Below are positions 44,801 through 56,224 of a stretch of DNA of 64,000 nucleotides, piece after piece. Position 1 is the first letter of the stretch. The number at the start of each line of letters is the position of its first letter. The notes beneath the pieces are model-generated. The model ran no database searches, was not told the DNA's origin, and saw only the letters and a program-made list of their open reading frames with translations. The stretch lies in the NCBI GenBank assembly GCA_977862235.1, contig OZ374559.1, positions 1,240,001 through 1,304,000 of the forward strand. The letters run 5' to 3'. The translations under genes and the position numbers were made by a program. This DNA comes from Dudresnaya verticillata. Taxonomy: Eukaryota.

Positions 44801-46533
44801 TCCGCAACTGCGTAACCTGCGCTAAGAATCGTGTATTGCTGCGAAAGAACACCAAGCAATTGAAGTTGTTCCCGGCAACCGAGCCTCTCGAATTCGTATC
44901 GATCGACATCCTGGGCGAACGCATACGCACGAAGCGAGGAAACAAGTTCCTACTCGTCATCGTGGACCGCTTCTCGAAGCTGGTCCGGACGGTCCCACTG
45001 CGTAGTATTACGGCATTTTAAATCGCTAAGGCGTTTGTACGACATTGGGTCTTCGTGTACGGTCCTCCCAAGAAACTGTTGTCCGACAACGGAATACAGT
45101 TTTTGGCTAAGCTGTTTCAGGATATCTGCCGTCTTTTGGGAGTGGAGAATCTCTTCACCACGACGTATCATCCGCAATGCAATGGCCAGGTAGAACGATT
45201 CAATCGAACTATCCTGGCCTCGCTGCGTCACTACGTTGCGGATCATCCGAGAGACTGGGACCTGTTCACGGATGCCTTGACGTTCGCATACAACACACAG
45301 TTGCATTCGTCTACGCATCTCGCTCCGTTTGAATTGGTGCTGTCGAAGCCACCACGGCCACTCTCGCTCGAAGCGGAACCGTCGCTCGAAAGCGTACCAA
45401 CCGCGGGGCAATACTACACCAAGTGGCGAACCTGGTTGGCCGCGCTGATGGGAACCGCTAAAGCGTTACTAGAGAAAACTCAAGCACGTTACAAACGAAA
45501 CTTCGATACCAGATTAAGGAAATGGAAGGAATCAATCGCCATAGGCGACTTCGTCTTCGTACGTAAGGAATAATTCGCCCGAGGCGGGAGCACGGATCGC
45601 GCCGAGCGTAAGCACAAGCTGGCGCCAGTGGCGGACGGACCATATCGAGTAACTCACGTTGATAACGAGACAGTAACCGTCGACAAGGGACGTGATGAGC
45701 GGGAACGTTTGTCCCGAGACCGCGTGATCTGGGCGCCGACCCCACCGGGCCAGGCGGCTCCTCCAATCGTCGTACCACCAGGTCCACCTGAGGAGCAGGA
45801 CGCAGTCGCCCCCACGTCACAAGACGAAGGGACGACTACCCCAAGCACGCCACCAGCGGACCCGGAGGGGGACACGGAGACTTCGCATACTGCGAGAGAT
45901 CCGCAAGAGCGTACGACCACAGCGTCACGCAGTCGTGGGTTGGCAGAGCTTTCGCCCTTCGCTGCCGATCCCGACGACCGCGCTTCGCAATCCGTCTCCA
46001 ACGACGACAATACCCCAGGGGTTCGCACCCGTTCGGAACACGTCGCTACGGCACCGCCGAATGAGAACAATGAATCCGCTGAAAGCGCGTCCGATAACGA
46101 AGACGTTAACCGTGCAAGTACGAAGCAAAGCGCTGCAAGCGATGAAGTCGTCTCAAGACGCAACAACCCACTGACCGCTGATCGAGCGTCCGAGGCCCAA
46201 GGCCAACGCCTTCGGCGATCAACTCGTCGAGTACGCTTCGCCGAACCGGAACAGACGCCCATAACGCAACGAGACGAACCGCCAAAGGCGCTGGAAGTAC
46301 ACCGGTCCAAGCCGAACGCTGTGAGCGGGAAAGAATACGTTATTGAACGCATCGAGTCGCACGCCTACGCGGATGACGGTGAGATCCTCTACCGCGTCAA
46401 GTGGTTTGGATACCCCGCTTCAGCGAACACATGGGAGCCCGTGTCCAGTTTGCCGCGATCACACGCCGTGCGGTACCACCGTCGGAAGCACACGCGCCTG
46501 CCTCCAAATATTGAGGACGCCCAGCGCGGATAA
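41809..46533 (+). pseudogene. pol: Gypsy pol copy B: protease, RT, RNase H, integrase, chromodomain (inactivated)
   Basis: LDTGA, YLDD, RNase H, integrase, GPY, chromodomain EYVIERI...KWFGY...TWEP. Frameshift at ~43075; stops at 44011, 45019 and 45571. Confidence 0.96.
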
Positions 46534-47907
46534 CCCTAATCGGGAAAACAACGCTAATAGCGAATACAATGACGTTCAGAGACTGCGCGGGCGGATGTCG
46601 CCAACGGCGTGGAATCCCCCTCTCACGTACGCGGACGCGTACACACCCGCCGCGGCGACAATCAAGCACACACGTCACACACGGAGCCGGATGCAAGTCT
46701 GGCGTCAAAGACAACCACACCACAAGGCCCTCATACAACGCCCCGGATGCGCGGGTGGCTGACAGTGGCTCCCGATCACTCACCGAGATACGCGCCTCAC
46801 CAATCCCATTGCAGACGCAGACGCGAGCTGGAAAATTTAATGCACAAACAAAGGGGAGGCGCACTACCCGACAATCAACCATTACGCCACACAAGGTATG
46901 CCAAGTGGCAGCACTGGTGCTACCGGCACGCACGACGCCAGACGCACTTCGTAACGCGCAAAGACCGTCCCCGACGTTGCCGCACGCTTGCGCACCACGG
47001 CCAAGTCGCTGCAGCCTTCACTTCCCCAGCCAGCGAACGGCTCGGCCGGGCACGAACACACGCACCATGCCGCCGACGCACCTCCCGAAGAAGGGGCACG
47101 CCGCCGAACCCGCCGACAAAGGGGGGGAGTGAGTCGTCGAGGACGCGTTTATCACGGTTCCGTGCACGACGCACAACCGAATCGCTAACCAAATCGCGCA
47201 ACGGCTCCGCCGCTGGGAATGGCCGCCACAGTCGCGCGACGACAATTCCCCACCCTCGAAGGCGAACGTCGGAGACGAGGAACAAGGCTCTGACCTCACC
47301 TACCACACGCCGACCTCCGTCAACGACGACGTGCGCAACTAAGCTACAGCGCACCAAACGAGAAGAGAATACGCCCCAGGCGTTGTAAATGGCCCAACAA
47401 CGCGCTGAGCGAATCCCCTAAGACGACTACGTCGGGCGTGGCAGGATGAAATGCAACGCAAAGAAACGCTTCGCTAAGCGAGATAACCAAGAGGCTCGGC
47501 ACCGACAACGTCGCTAAACCCCTATACGCTCCGGGCGCTACACAACGCTAATGTGCGAACAAGAAGGGAGGTACAACGCCCAAGTAACGTCTCTCGACGA
47601 TTAATATGCTAACGTCGTCACGACGAAGACAAGAAACGCGGTGGCAAAACACTAAGACGTGACGGCAGCAACACGACGGTTGCAGCGAGACGAAACCAAA
47701 CTAGGTTACCAACGATACAATTTATTCGGGCTAAGCAACGGGGAAGCCCCGCGCCCAAGCTACAAGCCACGGCGGCTAAACGCCGCAGAACATTTAACAC
47801 ATTCGTCAACGACGTACGACGCCTTGCCCCGACTCCGCAAAGGAGCCGACAAGGTACCCGATACGCACCCCCGCGAAGGCCTTCCGCCCTAAACGACGCT
47901 AACTATG

Positions 47908-50260
47908 TCACGTCGCAGACGGTTTGGCCGAGTCCGCCGCACCATCGCCATCGGCGGACTCCCTCAACGCCTCTTCATAGAGGTCGTCTTCCGTCACTGA
48001 CGGCACACCCACAGCGGCAACAGGGACGGACCGCAAAGGCACCGCCACCGCCACAGAGGAAGGAGCAATATGCGCCACTGGCGAAGAGTTCGACTCAACA
48101 CCCGCCTTAGGCGGCGAAGCCTCTTTGGCTTTACCAACCGCCGACGGCGCAGAATCAAGTGGTCCATTCGCCTCCGGTGTTGCCCCGATAACATTCGCCT
48201 TCGGCGTAGTTGCAGGGACTGTCCCCTTGGACGACGAAGCAACCATAACCGCCTTTGGCGTAGAGTCTAACTCATCACTCGCCTTCGGCGTCGCAGCAGA
48301 ACCAACCGCCTTCGGCGCAACTGTCGCAACCGTCTGAACCGACGTAGACCCCTCACCCGCCTTTGGCTTCATTGGTTCTATATCCTTCATCAACGCAGGA
48401 TCCACTGGACCCTCCTCAACCGTCGGAGACGTTGTAGCGACATTTGCTTCGCTCGCCGCTGGCGGTACAGTATCAATTACGTCTTTGGACGCTGAACCAG
48501 TCGCCTTAGGCGATGACGACTTTCCGTCTGCACCGTCTTTCGACTCAGAACCTACACCAACCATCGGCACCGGCACCCACGCACTCTGGGGTCGCGACGC
48601 AGCCGCCAGAGACTGGCTCACCCACTCAGTGGGCGAGCCACTCAAACCGCTAGTAGCGACTCCAGCTGCACGCAATAAGGCAAGCACGGTGCGGCGCTGT
48701 TCCTCGGTCCAGACTGGCACCGAGGGCGCCTTCACAGATCCGTCTATGACGTTTGATACTCCGCCTTGAGGCGTTACGGTCGGCGGAGCGGACTCGACTA
48801 CTTGCGTCGCCATAACGGTATCGCCATCAACGTCCGAGACGGGAGCCGCGAGGTCCAAAGGTGCCAAAGCTGGCAAGCCAGCTGACACCCCAACACCACC
48901 GACAGACCCTTGTGGTAAAGCTGATGGTGTAGCGGCAGCCTCGGCAGATGACTCAACCGCCATAGGCGTAGCAACAGCCGTTCCAGACGGGTTATCCAGT
49001 TCGCCATCGGCCTGAAAAGCATCTTCCTCGGCCATGAAGGCACTCAAGTGCGGAGGAAAATCACCGACAAAGTCGCAGCTCTTACGCAAACCACGCGGGT
49101 GATTACCCGGGGTGAAGCGATCCGTTTTGCGATGGCGCTCCGCAACGTTCTTCGTCGTACGACGCTTTGTCCATGGGTTATAATGGATCCAATCGCCACA
49201 GGCGGAGTGAGTACGACTCATCGCGAATCGCGGGCGGTTCGTCTTACGACGGTTGTTCCCTAACGGCACCATCGCCGGGTCGTTCCAGTTAATTTCATCC
49301 GCTACTGAGCGCAAATCCCAGAACTCCTGGCTGTTCCTCGACCCGTCGAGTATCTCAGCTAGGTCCAGGCCACCAAGAGACGCGACTATGCGAGGTGGCA
49401 GATAATACATGCGGAAGGTGTCATACACCTCCCACATCCATGCGTACGCTACGTTTGCCACCCATTCGGTGTAGAACATGACCCACCACTTGGATTACGG
49501 GTCCGTCATTAACTCCGACCCGATATACGTGAGACACGGAGGAAGTTCGGCAGCGAAACCTTCGCAAATTTCGAACTCTCGCCAAACGGGCGGTACCTTC
49601 ACGAAGCAATGAGGCAACTTACTGCGTTCGATATGATCGACCTGCATATCCTGGTAGGCTACAAAAACGCCCTTTCGGCGACGCGTTTCACATTCCCAAC
49701 GTATGCATCGTTCCCAAAAGAACGTTCCCGTTCGGTGTTGGTAACGAAAATCCGCTTTCAAGCGTACTTCCAGGAGGTATGCCTCCTGCCTAATACGCGG
49801 CTCCGCCGAAACGCTCAGATGTTTGAGCGACAACGTCCCTAGACGATTCCCATATTCGATCTCACCCTTGGTCCGGTATTGACCGGCATCGAACTCGAAA
49901 ATGGCCGGCGTTAACGCCGAGCACGGATAACGCGTCGGACGACGATACACGTCTGCGACGAAATTGGCATGAACGCCCGCACGAGATTGCCCTGCGCGAA
50001 CCCACAGCCACTCGGGTGGCACCGCGCAGCGCAACTTCCAATCCATCGTCCAAACGACGGCAAGGGGGAGTCCCCCCGGCAAAAATCCGCTCGTAGCGTA
50101 ATGAGCAATGAGCTCCTCATTGCGCAAGGCCTCCTGGTCAAACCAGGGGGCCTGCGTGAAAATGTCCCCGTGATCCTGCGGGTTCTTTCCGACAAAGTCG
50201 TATGGAGTATACCGGCGCGGCCGAGGGCGCCGCGACCTGAACACCATTGAACGTCGGCAT
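47908..50260 (-). pseudogene. Retrotransposon antisense extra ORF, copy B (~784 codons; frameshift at ~50205, in-frame TAA at 49495-49497)
   Basis: ATG at 50260 gives MPTFNGVQVAAPSAAPVY, matching the start of copy A; the rest aligns to 29686-31988. Confidence 0.88.
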
Positions 50261-50710
50261 ATCGTCGACGACGCAACTTCGCTTACGCCACTGGCGCTTA
50301 AGGTCAAACAACCGTCAACGACGACTCTTGCCCCACGCCACAGGCGGTTATACTTTTTGCTTACGTCAAAGACGCCTTTTGTTCTGCGCCACAGGCGACT
50401 ACGAGGAAGCTGCGTCACAGACGGGAAACACCTGCGCCTCGGGCGATGAGCTTCAACTCACAACAACTCGTCGACGACGATGCAACTGAACGCCCTAGGC
50501 GACGAATTGGATGTGGCGTCGTTGACGGGATTCGCAAGGCGCCAGCGGCGATGACGAATGGCGAAGAGGGCGCGAGAAAGCGAGAAGCTCGCCGGACGCA
50601 ACGCGCAACACGCAAAGTTAGCACGGCACAGCCGGAACGCAGGAACGCACGCACGACAAAGTGGGACCCGCAGGGCAACGCAAGCTTGCGGCGGACGTGT
50701 TCGCGTTTTG

Positions 50711-50721
50711 CGAGGGGGTCG
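50711..50721 (+). other. Polypurine tract of inner element
   Basis: CGAGGGGGTCG immediately before TGTGGTGCAA. Confidence 0.8.
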
Positions 50722-51566
50722 TGTGGTGCAAGGGGAGGGCTGCCCCTTTTTCGCTCTGAGCGTATTATATGCCAACGTCCACCGACGGGACGTCCACCGC
50801 CGTTGGCGCGCGAACACGTCATCGACGATTGGCCCACGGGCATACGGCCGCCGTTACCCCGCGCGGCGCGGCGCACGCGCCTACTGTACGGCCAGATCCG
50901 GATGCACGATCCCGATCGGCTGGGCGCAGGGCGCCCGCCTGTAAGCTTGGCCCGGATCCGGATCGGATCCGGATGGAACTTCGAGATCCGGCATCCGGAT
51001 CCACCGTGATGTAAGGAGCGCGCCTGTAAGGGCTGCGCGCCAGCAATGTTGGCCGGGATCTGGATCCGAATCCGGATCACCCGCAACGCTACACGCATGC
51101 GCCTGTAAGCTACTCCTGAGCTCCCGCGCGCGCGGCTGCATGGCGACGACGACGTGTCAGACGCTCGACGACGTGACACGCGTCCTGAGTTCCCGCGCAC
51201 CGCGCCTACCGCCGTCGCTCACGTAGTATATTAGGTAATCCGTCTGCGACGCTGAGTAAACCCCGGACAAGCCGGCCTTGGTCCAGACTTCCCCGTTCCG
51301 CTCGCGCGTATCCTACCGCTGCCTACGGCTAAGCGTCTACCTCCCGTGCTTCCACGTCTCTACCCGTTGTTGACGTGCTTCCCTTTTCTGTTCCCTTTTC
51401 CCTTCCTTCACACGCTCCGCCTCGGGCGTCTACAGTCCGCCCAAGGCGTGTTCCTTTGCTCTATCAACAAGTCGCCCACGGCGGGTCTACCTACCGCCAA
51501 GGGCGCAGCTACCCACCGAGCCCCGAACTGCTCGGCGGTCCATCGTCAACAGACGTTTGCACCACA
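50722..51566 (+). repeat. 3' LTR of inner element (type B, 845 bp)
   Basis: TGTGGTGCAA...TTGCACCACA; 5' half strongly diverged from type A, 3' half similar. Confidence 0.93.
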
Positions 51567-51806
51567 TAACGGTTGCGCCCAAATCGGCGTACACCTTATA
51601 ATTCCTCTTGGCCATGACGAACAACTGCCCTTGCGCCCGGGGGGGCTGGTACCTTCGCCATGGGCGTTTTAATGACGTCTGTGACGACTCTATCCGCCCG
51701 TTGGCGTCATCTGAAACTAACTTCGGGCCCTCCTTCCGTGTCAGCACCCGAGGCCTAGGCCTCTCTTCGCGGTGCGACACCCCAGTGTCAGGAGTTGGTG
51801 CCCGAG
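51567..51806 (-). pseudogene. pol: Start of pol of the outer element, cut by the inner element's LTR
   Basis: Frame ...RPWRRYQPPRAQGQLFVMAKRNYKVYADLGATV abuts the LTR end at 51566. Confidence 0.85.
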
Positions 51807-54366
51807 TTAGTTTTTCGCCTGCGGCGGTGGTTGTGGCGCTTCATAGCGATTGGTCATCGTCGGATGACGTTCTGCCGCGTGCGGCATCGGTCCGCCTCGT
51901 GGCGATTGTGGTCGTGCAGCACGGCGAGCGGCATCGCGGGTCGCGCGTTCCTTGCAACGTACATACGCATCAGCGGGGACACCATCCTTCTCGGCTTCGG
52001 TTAGTCCTTCATAGTTGGTAATAACCTTCATGAAGTCGCTCATGCGAAGGAAGCAGTCCGGCGCGATGTGTCCGCGGGCGTAGCATTGGTGGCATACCAG
52101 TTGCCGACGCGCGTCTTGACGGGGCGGGCCTCTGTCCTGCCACCCGGACCTTGCTCGGTGGACTTGAGGAGCATACTCGGAATAGGGGACGCGTGGCACT
52201 GGTACGACCGAGCGCCCAAAGGCGAGAGCAGGGTCCATATCCCTTTCGTCTTCGTCATCGACGTAGCTGTCCGTCGGTAGAGCGGAGGTTGGCACCGACG
52301 CTTGCTCGTCTGCCAAGTACAAATCGCCTTCGGCGTGTGTTTCCATGTCATCGACAGGTCGACTAACGTCTCGGAACTCGACGGAGGACTCCGCTATCAT
52401 AGTGCGCGCTCCAGGCTTGGCGGATCTCGTCTGCGGACGCAGTACCCCTCGGGCATCGCCGATGGCGGATCGCGGTGTGCGTACGGCTTGAGCCGGTGTC
52501 AGTAGATCACGTCGTGCTGACGCGGAACCGGCTCTGCCGTGTCGTGCGGGGTTGGCATCCCCTTCGTCCTGTGCGAAGTGGACCAGCCGCTCAAATGACA
52601 ACTCCGCCCTTGGCGTTTCTTCTCGGAAGCGAGCGACCAGGGACCTGATCGACGGGTCTAACCCGTCGATGTACAGCGTCATCTTTTCCCAATAGGGATA
52701 TACGTTACCGCAACTAATACACGCACCGGCTAGCCGCATCCCATAGGTCGTCTCGTCCTCGCCTTGCTTTTGGGCAGTCGACCGTAGGGCGAGGACAGCG
52801 TCCCTGATCGCCGCTGGCGTAGCATACGTACGGAAGAGGTACTGTATCGCCTCCGGATACGAAGACACCCCGCCGCGATGGCGAGAAGACGTCGACTTGA
52901 CGGAGCGGAATTGCGTGGCTGCCGTACCTCGCAAGAAGTACTGCAGCGCGACGAACGCTTGGGCTTCGCTCATCTCCAGCGTATTGGCTTCATCCGCGTA
53001 ACGCGTCAGGAACTCGAGGACCATGACGGGGTCGCTGCCGTTGAAGGCGGCGTCCTTCATGGTCAGCTCCAGTCCTTTAATGTGGTCCTTGACCTTGCCC
53101 GTATCGCGCCCTGAGCGTTTTTGTCCTACGTCTTTGAGACGGTAAGTCCGGTACGATAATAGCTGATCGAAAAGGGGGTTGGAGGGGCGTAGCTCCTTCA
53201 ACCCCTTGAACCGCTTTCCGCGAGGTCTTGCGGCACTGCCGAGAGTTGGGAAGTCGTCGTCTTCAGACGAAGAGTCCGATGACTCTCCGTCGCTTGACGA
53301 GTCCGAAGAGGACGAGGATGAGTCCCCACGTCGATGACGGTTCTTCTTCCGTCTCTGACGCAGCTTCCGACGGCGTTTCTTCCGGTCCTTACGTCTGTGA
53401 CGATCTTCGCCTGAGCTCTCGTCACCTGACGGCGGACCATTGCGCCACTTGGCGGTTTCGAGACGCTCTAAGCGGGTCGCAAGTCGCTGAAAGTGTTCGC
53501 GTGAGCTAAGCTCAGAATGCGAATGAACCGTTACTGCCGGCGGTGGCTGTGTGCCCTCGCCTTGGGCGTTTTGGTTCGTCAATAGACGGTCTAGGTCGGA
53601 TCGAAGTCCTTGTAGGGCGCCGTTCCGATCCTCTTCCAACGTCTGTAGACGACTCGCGATTCCTCCGACACTGTCGTCCAGCAACCCGGCGAATCGAGCG
53701 AGCATCGCATCGTCCTCTAAGACGCACACCTCTCGGATCCGTTCGCGTGGTATCGTTAAGTTACTCACGCGGACGGCCGAGGGTGACGCCGTTGGGGGTT
53801 GGCGTTCGCGGTTGGACCGGTCGGGCGTCCCTTGCGCCTTTTGACTTGGCGAATTCGGCTTAGCCGGTGAACAACCGGCACTGCCGTGGGGAGTGGGGCA
53901 ACATGCCCCGTGTGTCAATGGTTCGTCACCGACGTTGCGCTCCGCGGAGTGCCCTTGTTCGTCGTTGACGTGGATGGTCGGTTGATCCGGAGGTTCCGGT
54001 TGTCCCTCGACGATGTCGGCTTGTGTTCCGTCTACGACGTCCTGTTGCTCGGCTTGTACTGTATCAGCCGAGTCAACATAGGAGAGGTAGGTGCGGAGGG
54101 CCGATCCCTCAGGGACGGAGGTGCGGACGACGACGGGGTTGTGGCGCGTCGGCGGGGGAGGTAACTCTCCTCCGTTCAACGACGCGTGGGAGCCTGCGTG
54201 GCCGTGGCCCGGGGGTAGCGTCGGGAACGCCGATCGCGGGGCTCACGAGGCGCCCAGACCTCGTTGTCATCCGCTGTAGCGACCGTTCAGACGCGGGTAC
54301 ACTCCCAGGCGTCGAAGACGGTCTTCTTGAACTTGGGCCTCGCGACGGGGGCGGTCGTGAGGCCAT
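51807..54366 (-). pseudogene. gag: gag of outer element (5-nt deletion/frameshift at ~54232)
   Basis: MASRPPPS start at 54366; near-identical to 39254-41818 apart from the early frameshift. Confidence 0.92.
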
Positions 54367-54472
54367 GATACAATCGTAGAGTTGCTTGAACGTCGTGGAC
54401 GATTAGCGACAAGCGTCAGAGACGGAGAGTCGGACGTCGCGCGACGGAGAAACTCGTTGAAACGTAGCACAA

Positions 54473-54490
54473 TTCTAGGTCGGGAGACCA
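54473..54490 (-). other. Primer binding site of outer element
   Basis: Minus strand TGGTCTCCCGACCTAGAA, 2 nt after the 5' LTR. Confidence 0.85.
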
Positions 54491-54492
54491 GA

Positions 54493-55404
54493 TGTGGTGC
54501 AAAACGTCTAAGACGATGGACCGCCGAGCAGTTCGGGGCTCGGTGGGTAGCTGCGCCCTCGGCGGTAGGGAGACCCGCCGTGGGCGACTTGGTGGTAGAG
54601 CAAGGGAACACGCCTTGGGCGGACTGTAGACACGCCCGAGGCGGAAGATGTGAAGGAAGGGAAAGGGAAACGGAAAGGGAACACGTCAGGGACGATGGTA
54701 GACGTGGAAGCACGGGAGGTAGACGCTTAGCCGTAGGCAGCGGTAGAGTACGCGCGTGCGGAACGGGGAAGTCTGGACCAAGGCCGGCTTGCCCGGGCGT
54801 TTACTGTTACGTCTGGGACGGCTTACCTAAGTATAGTACGGCGGTGCGGCGGCGGCGGTGCGTGCGCGTAGCGCGGGAACTCGGGACACGTGTCGTCCCG
54901 AGGCGCGTCTGACAGATCACGCGTTGCATGCAGCCGCGCGCCTGATAGATCGCCGTACGGCCCCCTATGCGGGTGCTTACATGTACACGTGGACGCGTGT
55001 GTCTTACAGCCGTGCGTGCGCGCGCACTGTAGAGCGTGCGCCTTGGATCTAATCTGGTACTTGTCTGATCCCGATCCCATCCGGATCGGGCCAGCAATGC
55101 GAATACCCGCAGCCTTACAGGTGCGTATCTTACAGCTTAGGCGATCCAGATAGCCAATCTGGATGCCGGATCCGGATCGCATCCGGATCCGTGCTACAGT
55201 GCCCCGGGGCGCCATGTCAGCCCATCACCGTACAGTGCCCGCGTGGCGCGCGGCGCACAGTACGCGCGCGCGCCTCGGCAAGCCGTCGATGACGTGTTCG
55301 CGCGCCAACGGCGGTGGTGAGCGCCGGTGGCAGTTTCTCCGTCGGTCGACGTATTTAGTCTGCCCGCTTTCAGCGAAAAAGGGCTCGCCTCCCCTTGCAC
55401 CACA
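54493..55404 (-). repeat. 5' LTR of outer element (type A, 912 bp)
   Basis: Matches 28169-29080. Confidence 0.96.
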
Positions 55405-56077
55405 ACGTGACATGGCCGAAATAGTTCGATATAGTTGCGTTACTAACACCGTAAATTGCCGCAAGGTTTTCGACTCCCTGTCCTCCTTCAACTGCTCCGC
55501 TAAGCATTTGAAGCCACATGAAGACCATTTCCTCCGTTTACAAAGCCCTTTTCCTAGGTTTCCTGAATTCAAGGCCTTTAAGGCGCGGATCGAGGGGTTT
55601 CTCTACTTCTGTGCGCACCATGGCTACAATAGCATCGAATTCTGCTGCCGAGTGTCTTGTATGGTTTCGAAACTGACCAGGGTCATGATGGCTACGAATA
55701 AACATACAGTAGTTAAGATTGGGGGTCCTCACATAACTTGCCTTTAATCCTGCCCGACAGACACCGCGCCCGGGTTTGATGGTTTCTTCTTCGAGAACCG
55801 AGCCATATTTTTGCCTTCTGCTACGTCTATTTCGACTGCGGCGTAACCTGATTCGCAGCAGTATAAACTCACACTGCGCCCAGAAAACGAGCATGCACTG
55901 GAAAAGGACCAAGGCATCGTTCGGAGCCATTCTGCCAAGGAGAAACTGTATTGCTTTGTTAGCGTCCTGTACAGGAAACACGTGTCGATACCGTTCTTTG
56001 CGTGGTGCTGGTCTTCTCGCGAAGACGTTTATGGCCAACTGTCGAGACTGTTTTGCGAGACTTGTAGTCTTAAGCAT
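55405..56077 (-). pseudogene. Harbinger transposase, N-terminal part with HTH
   Basis: ORF 56077-55538, in-frame TAA, then EEMVFMWLQML...ENLAAIYGVSNATISNYFGHVT (HTH typical of Harbinger transposases), continuing as FAVSF... at 28163. Confidence 0.88.
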
Positions 56078-56224
56078 AACGAGAAGAGCTGGAGTGCGTC
56101 TACAGAAATCTTTAAATGCGCTATGTAGTACAGACGTCCCTGGAATAATTAAATGGGTCTGTCGCGCGACCAGTGCTGTAAAACGAAAATTAAGTATAAA
56201 GACGCCAAATTAAAAACCTCTATT

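Larger units (their letters stand above)
38687..51566 (+). mobile_element. Inner Ty3/Gypsy chromovirus copy (plus strand)
   Basis: Partial LTR - PBS - gag - pol - antisense ORF - PPT - LTR. Confidence 0.93.
28169..55404 (-). mobile_element. Ty3/Gypsy chromovirus composite insertion (outer element, minus strand)
   Basis: Two 912-bp LTRs with TGTGGTGCAA...TTGCACCACA ends; 5-bp TSD ACGTG at 28164-28168 and 55405-55409; PBS next to the right LTR, PPT next to the left LTR. Confidence 0.96.
25555..56221. mobile_element. PIF/Harbinger-group (PHIS) DNA transposon, ~3.4 kb once the 27.2-kb Gypsy insertion is removed
   Basis: TIRs AGAGGTTTTTAATT (25555-25568) and AATTAAAAACCTCT (56208-56221), each flanked by ATT (25552-25554, 56222-56224). 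Encloses a DDE transposase and a convergent second ORF. Confidence 0.88.
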
